Origin: Rhynchobatus australiae
Lineage: Eukaryota
Direction of reading: 5' to 3'
DNA length: 64,000 nt
NCBI GenBank assembly: GCA_034780895.1
Contig: JAUZTB010000098.1
Coordinates: 80,671,639-80,735,638 of the forward strand
The stretch's first letter is position 1, and each line of letters starts with the position of its first letter. This document shows positions 13,101 to 28,100 of the stretch, one piece after another. The notes under the pieces are model-generated. The model did no database searches. It was not told the origin of the DNA and saw nothing but the letters and a program-made list of their open reading frames with translations. The translations under genes and the position numbers were made by a program.

Positions 13101-16100
13101 CGCCCACTTCCCCCTTGCCCCCCCACCTTCTTGCTCTCTGCAGCTACTCCTATGTTCAAGGAGAATTGAAAAATTACAGCCAGAGGTTTTGTTATTCCTG
13201 CTCTTAAGGATGCAGCCCATCTAGACCTAGATCGATATTTAATATTTGCTGTTGCTTTATCTCTGGCTCTCAATAGGAAGTTTCTCATCTGGAGTCAGCT
13301 GTAGGATTTAAATTGAATGGCACTGGAAACAGGGCTGTTTAACAAGCCTGGGGTAGTGACTAATACTGATAACTTCTTGTTCCTTGTTCTGTAGTTGAGG
13401 GTTGAGGTCTCATTAGTTGAGGGACTGGGCTAACCCTTCAGTCACTGATTCCCCGAGTCTTCTCACTCGTGCCATTTTCTACAGAAAAGGAATGACTGAA
13501 GGGTTAGCCCATTTCCTCAACCAGTGAGACCAACAGAAGGGGGGATCTCATTTGCAACAATTACTTCTTTGTGGCCCTCAAACTCTGGAAAATATTTTAA
13601 TCCTAGGCTCAAGGGAATCAAGCAATATGGGGAGAAGGGCAGGACAGTGATTTTACTGAATGGCAGAGCAGACGTGAAGGGCAGTATGGCCCACTCATTC
13701 TTTACTTTGGTTTTTATCAATGTATTCCTGTGCATGTGAAGTATTTTGCTATTTCATCTCTAGCTAATACAGGAAAGCAGATTACTGCTGCAACAAGCCA
13801 GGAAGAAGCCAGTCTGCTGAGAACAAATAATTGAAGGATACTCAGATATGTAACCTTTTAGAAGCCACAAGGCAGGGACCAAGAATTTTGTCACCCACTC
13901 AACCACAATTGGTGCATTAGTCAAAGAACATAGGAGGCAATTCAACCCATTAAGCCCGTGCAAGCCCAATATGTCCTGTTCTTTCCTTATAATCCTGCAA
14001 ATCTTCCCTTTTCAAGTAAAATGCTCAGATTCCTCTTCAAATTGGAGACAAAACTCTGTACACAGTATCATCACCTCCTCCCTGGCTTTTTGACAATTAT
14101 CTTAAATCTGTGGCCTCTGGTCATCAAGAGAAAGTTTCTCCCCATCCACTTTATCACAACCCCTTGCAATTTTGAGCAATTCCATTAAACCTCTCCTTAA
14201 ACTTTTCTGCTCAAATTCACTCATTGTCAATTTTGTGGAAACACTAGAATTTTCCTTCACCCAACAAACAAAAGACTTGAAACCAAACAAAGAGTCCTCA
14301 CTGGATTTAGCACACTGGTTTCCACAAAACCCAACGTACAATTAAACCCCAATATTCCAGAAGACTCTTACCCACAAGCAGAATAAACTTAAAGGATTTA
14401 CAGCACAAAAACAGGCCATTTAGCTGCACTAGTCACTGTACTAACATGCTCTACTTTAATGCTATGTTCCACATGAGCTTCCTCTTACCTACCCCTTCCA
14501 CACCCTACAATTCAAGCCCATTACATCCTCCCCTCATCTAATCCTTCTTATTCTTTACTTCTACCATGCATTCATCTAACCTATCCTCAGATACATCCAA
14601 GTCATTTGACTCAACTGTTACAATTAGTCGGGGGATTTCATATTCTAAACACTCTCTGGGTAGAAAAATTTCTTGTGAATTCTGAAAGGATTTATTGGTG
14701 AATCCATTATATTCACGATTTCCAGTATTGATATCCCCATTTTATACATTGCCAAAATTTTCAAAATCTCCTTTCTGAAGAAGAGTCCCAGTTTAATTAC
14801 TCAGTCCTGACAGTTGTGAGTTCATTCCTGTTTATCAGTTTTGGACTTCTCCGGTGACCTTTTCCATTTTGATATATGGTACCCATTTTTGTAGTAAGTC
14901 AGGACCAACATATATTAATCTGACTCAGTATTTTAAGTGTATTTCCAGGTCAGAGCTGGATGAGATCTTACCCTTGTAGATGTGGCATCAGTTGGCCAAT
15001 AGTAATCTCTTGTGCCACCTTCTGGTAGAGATCATAGCTATTCAATACCATGGATTCCAAGATTGCCAGCGACCGTTGTAACACAGCAACATCAGTTGCA
15101 GTTTTGTTCACATAACTTGCTATCTAGTAAATGCAGAAAAGAAAGTGTTTAAAGTCTGGCTTTAAAGTTTCTGCAATTAAATAGAGACAAATTCACCACC
15201 ATTCCTTCTAGTGCAAAATTGGTATTTTCTGAATCACATCGAGTTAATTGGTTGGGGAAAGGGTAGGGTTGAGGACAGACAGATGGGGGAAGGACTTTGT
15301 CAGACAGGTGCTGTTATTCATCCAAAAATTTTAAGGATTCCTTCTATTTAAATCCCCACACTCAAGAATAATTAATAACCATTGTTTTAAATGCTGAAGT
15401 CAATTAAACAAGTTAAACACTGAAGCCCAAAAATTAAATAGCACATGACAGTTTACTTTTAATCTCATGGTGATGAAATAAACTTCAGACAAAGGAAAAT
15501 GTGATAACGACCATCACCATAATTTTGAACAAGGATTTCTTGACACAAGTCATGCTTGTGATTTGAGCATTTGACGTGCATCCAATAACATCATTCCTTT
15601 TGGTGCTTTGCCATGGAAATAAGTCTACATTATCCTGGATTGACCACCATCGGTCACCCAAGAGACAACCACACTTTCATAGCATGATGGGCTCCCAGAC
15701 AGTGTTAAACACAAACATTTATCTTCTATACATCAGCACCCTCCACCCCGTGCTACTAACACCCCATACCAACCGATCAGCCCAGATGGTAACCCATAGT
15801 CCTGCTGTGCCAAGGCCCCTGACTCTTGCAATTCCTAAATAGCCTCCAAATCCAGGCTCTTCAACCACCACCACCACCTCCCATCAATGTCAAATGGATT
15901 TCCATCAACCTTCTAGACTCGGTCTCCATCACACGTTTCTTAACTTGGGGCTTGGGTAGAGCTTAAGTTTTTCCAGCAGCACCAGGACCAAAGCATCAAT
16001 GGCATGTCATGCAATAACTGTAGTGACCTACATCTGGGAACTACAATTTCTAAGCTTATTTCTTTAGTGCTATATAGCCTTTTCAGAGTTATTCGTGGAA

Positions 16101-19100
16101 CAAGCTAAAAAGGCATTTACCCTGCTTCCCCCCACCACCATTTTTTATGTCTCAAGCTTTTCCTTCATATGATGTGGAGTTTATTGGCAGGCTCGGCATT
16201 AATTGTGCATCCCAACTGATTGTACTTGAGTATGTGATGGTGAGCCCCCACCTTGAATCACTGCAGTCTCTGTGTGCTCAAAGTTCTCCCGTGTTTTTTT
16301 TTAAAAAAGGACAGAGAGTTCCTGATGCAGGACCAGTGATAAAAGTTTGGAGATACATTTCCAAGTCAGGATGGTGTATCATTTGAAGGAAACTTGCTGA
16401 TGATGTTCCTATGAACCTAACCCAACTTTAACCCTCAGCCTTCTAAGCACTAGAAGCCATGGGTTTGAGAGGTACTTATGAAAAATCGTTAGTGTGCTGC
16501 AGTGCATTCTATAGACGGTACACACAACCACAGTGCTCAAGTAATGGAGAAAATTAATGTTTAAGGTGGTGTATGGGGTAGCAATTAAGTGGGCTGCTTT
16601 GCCCTGGAGGGTGTTGAGGTTCTCAAGTGTTGTTGAAAGTGCACTCACCTGAGCAAGTGCAAAGTACTCATCACATTCCTGGCTTGTGCACGAGAAAGCT
16701 TTGGGGTGTCAGCATGCACGTCACTCACCACAGAATAGCCGATCTCTGATGTGTACTTGTAGCCACAGTATTTACGTGGCTGGTCCAGTTAAACTTAGAG
16801 TCAATAATGACTCCTCAGGACATTGATGGTGGACAATACAGCAATGGTAATACCATTAATTATCAATAAGGGACAATTATACTCAATTGGAGATGGGTAC
16901 TGCTTGGAAATTGTGTGGCAAGAATGTTAGTTACCAGCTCAAGCCTGAATGTTGCCCAGCTCTTGCCATGTGGTCATGGGCTGCTTTATTTGAGGTGCTG
17001 TTTGGTGGGTTTTGCCATCATTAAAAGCAAGGATGTTCATTGAGGCTCTCTGTTATCAAGTATTAAATTGTTCACTACTGTTCAAAACTGGATGTAGCAG
17101 GATTGCAGAACGTTGACCTGTTCAGCTGATAGAGAGGCTGAGCGCATATAGCTTGCTGCTTCTGCGTCATAATGTGATCCTATGTTGCAGCTTCACATGG
17201 TTGGTGAATCATTTTCAGCTTCTCTTGGTGCTGGTCCTGTTATTCACCACCTTTCCTCAGTGATGAAAGTAGGTNNNNNTTCTGGTTCAATGGTACGGCA
17301 GACTGGCCCCCTAGTATTCTATAATCTCATAATCTACAATTTCTTTGCACCAGCCCCAAAGCATCATTCAGACATCCAGTTTTGAAATGATAAATTTGTT
17401 CCTAATGTATCCCATTTAGAACAGATGAGCCACACAATACAAAGGGAGTATCCTCCCACCATTGCCATCATGGATAGGGGCAGATGCAACACATAGATCG
17501 GCAAAGATAAAGTTCTCAACACCTGCCACAAGCTTATCCAGCAGCAACATGCATTGGTACTTGGCCAGTTTGGTCTATAGTGGTATGACTAAAACTGCTG
17601 ATGATGGTCTCTGAAGGTCACCATCCATAGTGTAGCTGAATCCTTGACAATGACATGACACTGGATCCTGTTGAAGACTCCTGAATCCTACCATTTCCCA
17701 ACTGTATTCTCTTCTAGTGGGACAGCACATATCCAGAGATGATGATGAGAGAGCCTGGGGCATTTGAGTAAACGGTATAAACCAAGATTTACTTTGTGTC
17801 TTTTGTGTTAACTAGTTTGTAGATTAGCTCTCCCAATTTCAGCATGGCCCCAGATGTTGGTAGAAAGACTTGGTAGGGTCAACTGACCTGTTTGGTGCAC
17901 AGGTTATTTCAGGGTGATTCTTCTGGTTTCATTCTTTTTATTGATATCTGTACCAATTTTGAAAGAACATTCCCTTGCTGCCCATTTCAAGAGCTGTTGT
18001 TAGGCAACCACTGTGCTGTTGTTCTGCCAAGTTTCCCTGCACTATGACAGCTACTATACTTCCAAAGTTGCAAGGTTCTTTGGGATTTCCTGAGGCATTA
18101 TAAAAACGTAAGTATTCTTATCAAGCAGACAGTTTTAAAGTTATTCATTTATAGGCTTTGCTGGTAAAGCCAAACTTTATTGTCCTTGTGGAACCTGGAC
18201 ACAGCATATTGCCATCTCAGGGGACAGTTAAAGATCCATTGTAGTGTGGCATGTCTGGAATCACATATCAGTTGAACAAGGACAGCAAATTCCTTTTGGG
18301 GGGTGGGTGCATTATTGAACCATTGTGGTCANNNNNNNNNNNNNNNNNNNNNNNNNNNNNNNNNNNNNNNNNNNNNNNNNNNNNNNNNNNNNNNNNNNNN
18401 NNNNNNNNNNNNNNNNNNNNNNNNNNNNNNNTCTGGTCAAGTATTCAAAATATTTCTCCACCGGAAAGCAGTTAATGAAAAAGTCATAAGGCCTGAGTAT
18501 TCCTGCACAACACTCAGCCAGTAATTATACAGCAGAGATTAATTATAGCGCACCTGGATGGAAGTGGATTGACTGCCCATTGTTATGCCTGGAAACAGTG
18601 TCCAAATATTGTAGGTGAAGCAGCACATTTATTACTGGCATGACATGTTTACAAAAATAAAGGCTTCTAATTTCATGCAGGTTACCTGTTCACTTTGCAG
18701 TCTTGATGCTGATTATTTTATGAGCAAATAATGGGAGGAGAGGAGAATTTTAAAGTGTTCTGATGGTGAGGTTGGTGCAAATGGAGGAAGCTGTGTGAAG
18801 AAATCTGCAGGATTACACACAAGTCTACACACTCATGCTGTTGTTCCTCTATCTCTGTACATACTAGCCGCCTGGTTCAGTGCTGAGGCTCAGGAAGCTC
18901 TCCTTAAAGGGATACTATTAATTGGCAGAGCCATTTACCTCCTACCTTTGCCAGTCAGAAAGATGTAATAACCAGAATTATAGACCACAGAAACAAGGCC
19001 TTCGGCCCACTAAGCCTTTGCCAACCTTCAAGCACCCACTGCCCTCCAATCCTGCACTAAGACCATATTTTTTATTATTCTCCACAATTTCCCATCAACT

Positions 19101-22100
19101 CCCCCCCAAGAATCTAAATCTCATCTACAGACTGGAGGTAATCAACTTACCAACCCACGTGGCNNNNNNNNNNNNNNNNNNNNNNNNNNNNNNNNNNNNN
19201 NNNNNNNNNNNNNNNNNNNNNNNNNNNNNNNNNNACAGACAGCACCAGGGTGGGATGGGGTCAGGATTAAATTCAGGTTGCAGAAGTAGTGAGGCAGTAG
19301 CTATATCAGCTGCGCCACTGTGCTACCCACTTAATTGGAGGATTTGAGATGGTGTATAGAAAGGAATATGGGAAAAGAAGTACCTACTCAGGCTCTCAAG
19401 CCCATGCCACCATTCAATTAAATCATGGCTGTTATGTACCTTAACACCATTTATCCACAGAGGTTCTGCAACGTTCCATTCAACTTTTGAAACTTTCAAT
19501 TGAGTCAGCCTCAACAGCTTGAGAAAGGGTACTAGATTTCCACCACACTTGTTTCGTGCCTCATCCAAAAACAGGTCCTTTAACTGTGCTTAATTGCATC
19601 ACTCTTTAATAGCCTTGCTCAAAATTTTTTTAAGGTCATGACTTTTTATTCTGCATTCTCTCACTATTAGGGTAGTGAGAGAGAAACCACCAACTCCCTT
19701 GATTATCTTAAGCAGGTCAGCCTTTAATCTCCCATGCTCAGGAGAACACAAACCCATTGATGCAATCTGCTTCCATCATAAAATCCCTTCAATCTCAGGA
19801 TCATTCTAGCATATCTCTGGCAAACCCTTTTCCAAGGCCAATATAGGCATCCTGAGTTACGGTCTCCCAAACTGGATTCACCAAATCAGAACTTCAACTA
19901 ATTGTATTCCATCCCTTGAGATAAAGTCCAGCCTTTTCTTTATTTTGTACCTGATCATTAGATTATTATCTCCCTATGGAGAAGGCAGTACACACAGACA
20001 TGTTTCAATTGGATGGCTGAATAGGTTTGGAAATGACTCAACCTTCTTGCGTTCCTACAGTGGGGCAACACTGCTTAATTGACCATCCCCTCCCTCACCA
20101 TTGCACCCGACTTTGCTACAACTACTCCAGCCATCTTGGTACCTTTTTGATGAAAGCCACAGAGAAAGTGTCCCAGGAGACAATCCCATGGTCCATGAGT
20201 TCAACAAACGCAGTCAGGGTGAAGGACAACATGTCCCCGAAGCTGAAAAGACAAATGATCCCCAAGTCAGTTCCAGCTATCTCAATTTTGACAACATAAG
20301 AAGAGCCTGAAATGATTTTTGAAGCAGGAGACAAGGAAAGAGAATAAACAGAAGAAAGCCAACTGGTACCACAACAAGCCCTATGGGTAACGTAGTCGCC
20401 AGAAAGCATGAAGAGCAGAAGGGCAGCTGGAAGGAAAAAAAACTGAATTATGCCATTAACTTGATAAACAGCAACACTGCAATCTGAAAGGAAGTAGTAT
20501 TAGTAGTAATAATACAAGGCAGGCGAGAGAACTTCATGCAATTCCCATGCGCTGGATTTCAAAAGGGCTTTCAGATTAGGTCAGTAACCAGCTTCATCCA
20601 CAGCTTTATCAGAGAGTTACAGCCAAGAACGACAGCAGTATCGCAGTCACCTCTTTATTAGTAGCATGTTAGGGTACAGATTGAAAATTTTTAAATTTAG
20701 CTCACAGAACAGTATGCTGTTTCCTGAGCTGCGCCATAAACAAGTGCTCAAGTTGCAGTTTGTGGAGTTCTACCCTGGTCTATTATGTGTTACCTTTTCT
20801 GAGACAAGAGAATGCGTGCACCAGGCTTGCTATGTCTTCACTTCTGTAATTAATCACACACCATCCTCTCATTGCACACAGAGATTTTATAAGAATGAGG
20901 ACTGCATCCCTGGCCGTAAACAGCCCAAGTTCTCATAGGTGCTGCTGAAAAGACAATAAAAATGAAATTTGCTGGATCTTGTTGTCTGATGATTCACTAA
21001 TAATGTTTTTGATTCTCTCATATTACCCAGTACAAGGGAGCTTGAAAAATAACATTCCTGATTCCAGCGTAGCATCCTTATGAAATAATACCCACATATT
21101 GCAATAAATTGCCAAATAGTGCTCTTGCATTCTGATAACACCCCAGCAAGGCGATATATTACTAAACACTGCCTGAGCTTTCATTCCAGAGTGGGAAAAT
21201 CCAATGCAACAAGCATTCTGCAGCAATGCATAAATGGCACAGAGATACCTGTCTAGTTGAACTGGTTCATATAAAGATGCTAGGGAGGGAATGGTCATGG
21301 AGAGAAACCTGGTCAGAATGTAAAAAAAAACTCCTTGATTTTATTCAAATAACTCCATGGGATCTTCAGCATCTACCTGAAACGTGCAGTTGGTAACATC
21401 TTAAGGCTCAACTTCATCAGCACTTCACCAACACCCAAACTCAGAACAGTGTTATGGGATTCAATTCCATAAATTCCCAATTACAAAGTGTTAGATTACT
21501 TGCCAAATTTGATCATTTTAGCTCATAGGAAAAAAATACCCCAGTCATGAAGAGTGTTTACATGGCAATGCTCCTTCAAATAAACCATTTATTTTCGAGG
21601 AAGTTAGCTAATTTCAATTTGGAGACCACAGCATGGTTGGCCATCTTGTTTTCTTCCCCCCCACAATTATCCATTTTTCCTCACTCATTTGGAGAGTAAC
21701 ACAGGAAAATGTTGCAAAGTGATGAGGGAAGAGGAAAGTGCAGTGAGATTATTGTAGAGCTTTCTCAAACAGCTGGCACAGCCACAATGGACCAAATGCT
21801 GTCTAAGATGGCACTGTATAAGATGCCCAAGATGGCCCTGTAAGAAAGCTAACCGCACAGGTTGGAACCCACCATATACCAAATCTGAAAAAGTATGCAT
21901 TATCACAAATAAAAGGTGTATTTGAAATCCTATTAATTCTACATAAGCAGAACAGTCAACCTTCCAATTATAGTATAAAAGTTCACTACATGTCAATAGT
22001 TTCCAGCTGGCTGAACACAGTCACAGCTTGTGCAGAATTAATTGTGCTGAATTCTAGCATTCATGGTATTTATTGTTCATACTGCTATCCCCATATTGAA

Positions 22101-25100
22101 TCATGTGGTTTCAATGCAAGTTCAAACTGCAAATCATTTCCAAAAGAAGTCTTAAAATTATCATTGGCATCATGTGCGCAGCAAGGTAGTCTGTTGAAGA
22201 TGTGTAGATCATTCATGATCGATCTGTACACTAGAGAAGAGTGACGAACCTACAGTTCCTATAAAATGCAGCATACAAGGATCAACAATTGCTGGATGCA
22301 GTAGTTTTTGCCTGCAGAGACTCATTTGTCATCAAATTACAACTGTCACTTCACTTAAGTGGCCTGTAGAGCAGTGAAGAGCCTTACTTTGCAGCAGCAG
22401 GGGTGGTTTTGAGTCTTTACTCTGCACAATCCACTAAATTGAACCTCATACAGCAAAAGTTCATTCCAATATAGACATGAAGAGCCAGGTGTCTCAGAAC
22501 TGATGTAAAGCTAGTCAGATTGTGTGGAAAGTGCATTTTGCCTTTATATTGCACCTTTAACACAGTACAAAGCTCAGAGGAGCATTAATAAAACCTGACA
22601 CTAAGCCAAATAGAAAAGATATTAGGACAGACGACTAAAAGCCTGGTCAATGACGAGGGCTTTCAGGAGCATTTTAATAGAGAGGAAAATAGAGAGAAGT
22701 GCCAAGAGACTTAGGGAAGGAAGTACATAACTAAATCTTTAGGCAAGTGAAGGTCGGCTCACAAATGTGAGAGGCCAAAATTAGACAGATATCTCAGAGT
22801 TGTTGAACTGGAAGAGATTCCAGAGATATGGAGGCAAGGTCATGGAGAGATATGAATACATGGAAGAGATATGAATAAATGGAAAGGAACTTCACCAACA
22901 CAAACAACAGGGATGAATCTGTAGTAGGTGTCCCCAAGTTATGCTGGCATTCTAACGATAGTTGTTTTGGAAATGCCTGCAACAAGAATCATAGAAAATT
23001 TATGACACAAGAGGTTGTTTTTCTGCCCATTATGTCTGTGCTGCTCAAGAAAGATCTACCAACCTAATCCCATCTTCCTGCAGGTCAAGCAGAAGCAAAA
23101 GTCAGCTATAAAAGCACAGAGCACTAATAGACTGTCAGTTTGCCCTGCCTGTTAGGTGCTTAATGCAAAACATGAACCAAAAGCTTGAGGGAAGCATGGA
23201 GCAGGAAGCAAACATTCTGTGGGTAAAGTGACACAGTCCCTTTATGTATACCCAGGAAAGCTGACATCAACATTGGCATAATTACAGTGCCTGTTTCTGT
23301 TTAATGATTCAACTTAAAATAACCTTCCGAACAAGATTTACTTTTACAAACTGAATATTCACTCAGTTTTCAAAATCTAAAATATATTTGTAAGAGTAGT
23401 AGTTATATAAAGAAAAGCATAAAAGTACATATTCTGGAAAAATGAAATAAAAAAAAAAAAAACTTGAAAAATTCAGCAGATCAGGCAGCATCTGTAACAA
23501 GAGAAAGATAGTTAACATATCAGATCAAAGACCTTACATGAGAGCTGATGCGGTTTTAAATAGATGGCTAGTAAACAAAAACACACCAGACTTTGCAGTG
23601 AAACCAGTGATTACTGTACATCTAGACCGGGAAAAGCAACGAAGGCTCAAAATGCACAAGGCTCATATTCCAGTCCACTGGTCATGTCCTTTTGTTAGTA
23701 AATCTATAATGGACCTTGCACCCACTCCAGGCACTGACCCTGTCACGTCTCCTCCAGGGAAGTACTAAAAACCCAGATTCAATACATAAAGGGGTTGAGT
23801 CACAACAAGGCAAACCCTTGCCCCTTTTTCTGTCCTCCAGAGTCAAAAGGTCATGAAGATCAATCCAATTATTTCTGGATGGGCAGAAGATTTCAACCTT
23901 GTTTATTTTGTAAAGCAATATGAAATCAAACACAATCAGAGGAAGAGAGCTGTTAAAAACCATCAATTAACAGGGAGAGAAAGTCTCATATCTGAGACAT
24001 GAGGAAGAGATCACTTTCAATCCTCCCCCACCCCACTCCAAGTTAAGTGATCTCAGTTGGGGCAGTGATTTATAGAAGATATTAGAAACTAAAATATGGA
24101 TGAGAAAAGTCATTATCCATCCAGTAACATTCTGCAGACCACCCATAACAATATTGCCTTCTCAGGAGTCTGCCTATGATATACAGAAATGAAGCAATCA
24201 TCTCTCTCTCTATGTGAAGCAATGTCTGATCAGTCCCAAACCCTTGTTCCTTAAATTATATCTTTTTCCAAACCTTTCATTGTTTGCTTTCAAAATCCCA
24301 TGCTTCTCCAGTTTTGGCAACAAGTCAATTATATCTTTTTCCAAACCTTTCATTGTTTGCTTTCAAAATCCCATGCTTCTCCAGTTTTGGCAACAAGTCA
24401 ATCTATTGATCCCAAGGATTGGCTTGGATTTCCATTTAAACCATCTTTTTGCAGTCCAGTCAAAATTGAGCATTGTATTTACTACATAGTTTAAACAGTA
24501 CTGCAATCATCAGATGATCAACAGGTTGAACTGCATGAAGTTCTCTGATGACTAATCATCCCATTCCACCCAAATCTCTCAGATCCTGAATTTATACAAA
24601 TTTCTAAACGTCTTGTATATTTGCTTTATGTGCAGTATTTACATCAATTCACTTCTGTGCTTTATCCAGTTCCTTTTTGACATTCTCAAATTTTTCTTCT
24701 CCAAGATCAAACACATTAATTACAAGTCAAGTGGTATTCCAACCAACTTGCACCAAGTTTCTAGGTCACTTATGTTAAATACAAGGGGTGGCAGTGATAG
24801 TATCAGGAGTATTCTTGTTGGAGATGGTCAATGTCTGACACTTGGTGGCACTTAAGTGAATTTATCAGTCTGATGCTGCAATCTTGTCTAGGTCTAGCTA
24901 CATTAATGTATGGAATGCTCAATTTCCCAAGGAGTTAAGAATGAAATCAACAGTGTACAAACATTCCCACTATTGAACTTATAGAAAAAAGGTCACTGAA
25001 GTAGTTGAAAATGTTTGGGCCTAGACACCTCCTTGTGGAACCTTTGCAATGATGCTCTGGGGCTGGGATGATTGAGCTCTGATGATCACAAGCATCTTTG

Positions 25101-28100
25101 TGTGAGGTAGGACCAAGCATTGTCGTTTTCCTTTTGATGCCCATTGATATCAGTTTTACCAGATTTTCCTTGATGCCACACTTGGTCAAATGTTGCCTCG
25201 ATGTCAAGGGCAGTCACTCTCTCCAAACTCTAGAATTCAGCACTTTGGTCCAAATTAGTACCAAGGCCGTGATGAGTTCTAGAGCCAAGTGGTCCTGTTG
25301 AAATCAAACTAAACATCAAATGAGCAGATTACTGGAGACCAAGTGCCATTTGACAGCTCTGCTGATGACACCTTCAAACACTCTGCTGATAACTGAGAGT
25401 AGATTAACTGGGCAGTTGTTAACCGGATTAGATTTATCCTGTTTTTTGTAGAAGATATATATTGCCTGTTGTTCACAACTTCCAATAGGTGCCAGTGTTG
25501 ACACTGTACTGGAATAGCTTGCCTACAGGTACAGTTAGTTCTAGAGTGCAGTACTTCAATTGGAATGTTGTCTGATCTCATAGCCCTCATAGTACCCCAG
25601 TGCTCTCCATTCCTTGATATCACAGAGTAAATCAAATTGGCCGAATACTCTTTTGTGAAGTTGGGGATCACAGGAGGAAGTCAAGATCAATCACCCATGC
25701 AGTACTTCTGGCTGAACATGGTTATGAGTGCATCAACTTCTTTAAGTGACTGCTTGCTAGGCCCTGCCATTGAGAATGGGGATATTCTCAGAACTTACTC
25801 ACCCCTCCTCCCAGTAGCTATTTAATTGCCCACCAGCAGTCATAACTAGATGTAGCAGGTCTGCAGAACTTTGATCTGATCCAATGGATGTGGGGTTGGT
25901 TAGCAACATCAAATGCGTGCTCTTTTTTGCTATTTATTTTTTGTCCTGCATCACAGCCTCAACGGCTCTCAAACTCATTTTCAGACATTACTGTGCTATT
26001 CCCAATTGCACTCCTCATTGAACCAGGGTTTATTCCCTGGATTGATTATAATGATAGAATCCATTGGAACTTCTCCATTCAAGTTATATGCTCTGCTGTT
26101 CAATGCCATGAAGTTTTATGGTCTGTTTATAATGTTCTGCATATATACTTGGCTTCAAAACCATTTGATAACTAAAGCAGGTGGTTAAGGGGAAATCCAC
26201 CAACACCACACCTATTCCCTTGGCAAACCGATCTACACTATACATTGTAAAAAAATTCTTGTCAGAGTCCTTCCTTTCTCCTTAGTATAAACAACTTAAC
26301 ATTTTCAGTGAAATTCCAATTTTGCGGGGAGAGGAAAAGAAACACTGAGAATTCAACACAACCAAAATAAATACAAAATTCACCTATAGCTCAAACACCA
26401 TCTATAAATTTGCAGATAACACCAATGCTGTTGGTAAAATCTAAGATGGCAATGAGGAGGCGTAAAGGAGTGAAATAGATCAGCTGGTTGACTGGTGTCC
26501 CAACAATAACCTCGCACTCAATATCAGCAAGACCAAGGAATTGATTGTGGACTTCAGGAAGGGGAAGTCTGGAGAATACACACCAGTCCTCATTAGGAGT
26601 CAGCGGTGGAAAGGGTGAGCAGCTTTAAGTTCCTGGATGTCAACATCTCCAAGGATCTGTCCTGCGCCCAACACATTGATGCAATCATGAAGAAAGCACG
26701 CCTGCGGCTCTACTTTGTTAGGAGTTTGAGGGGATTTGGTATGACACCGAAGACTCTTGCAACATGTACAGTGGACAGCATTCTAACTAGTTGCATCACT
26801 GCCTGGTACAGAGGCACCAATGCACAGGATCTCAAGAGGCTACAGAAGGTTGTAGACTCAGCCAGCTCCATCATGGGCATAGCCCTCCTGGCCATCGAGG
26901 ATATCTTCAAGAGGCAGCGCCTCAAGAAGGCAGCATCCATCATTAAGGACTCTCACCATCCAGAACATGTCCTCTTCTTATTACTACCATCAGGGAGGAG
27001 GCACAGGAGTCTGAAGACCCAAACTCAATGATTCAGGAGCAGCTTTTTCACCTCTGCCATCAGTTTTCTGAATGTTCCATGAACCCATGAACACTACCTC
27101 ATTGTAATTTTATGCCTTTGCACTGTTTACTACTGTAAACAACACATTTCACGTCATAAGACGGTGATAATAAACTTGATTCTGATAGCTGTTTAATGTG
27201 AAGATCCTTATCAGTGAAATTCATCTTACGTCCTAGTTTCACATAAAATCTTAACTAAAAAAGGTACCAAGATCATTAATTACAATTGGTCAAGTCACTT
27301 TCATCAAACGGTTTTCATCAATCTTAGCAATTGCCACCATTCGTAGAAAGCACACAGAGGAATGAAAGATTCAGGTGAATGTGCGTTTCTGGAACCCAAG
27401 GTCCAACCATGAATGGTTTAGAAAAATGGAGGGTTTAATACCCATCCAAGAGACAATGCCTGAATACTGACCCTCAGACAGTAGATTGAATTTAAGCAAA
27501 CAAGTAGCAATTCTCACTGCAAAAGACATTCTCCTTCTACGCCTTACTAAGCTCAGAACTTGGCCTGTGAAGTATCTAGCTACAGTGTAGCAGAGAGCAA
27601 CCAAAACTATTTAATTCCTGACCTGTAGCTGGAGGATTTTAAATGTTTTTGTTAGATGGTCCCATGAATTTATGGTGACATTTGGGGCAGCAGTAATCCT
27701 GGCAGTTACAGTACTTCATGGTGACACACTAGATATAGCCAATTTTTAAATACATTACAGGGACATTCAGTCATTTTTATGTGGGCGAGCAACAATTTTC
27801 CCTGGTCTGCAGTTCATGATTTAGGCTCTCGAAGGCAGAATGTAGCCATTCACTACTTTTCTCCCAAGAAACCATGTCCCAGGGGTTCTTTCACTATAGC
27901 TTAGAGTCCATAACTCATCTTCATCCTTTTTAGCATCTCCAAGTTCATTTAAAGATTGGCTGTAACTCAGCTTCACCATGGGGATGCTTCATTCATAGTG
28001 CTTTTACACTAGAGTTAAGGCTATTACTGGCAACAATCTAAACAATTTTTACAACAGAACCTTTACTATGCAATTGTGAAAGATAAAATTAACCAACTGG

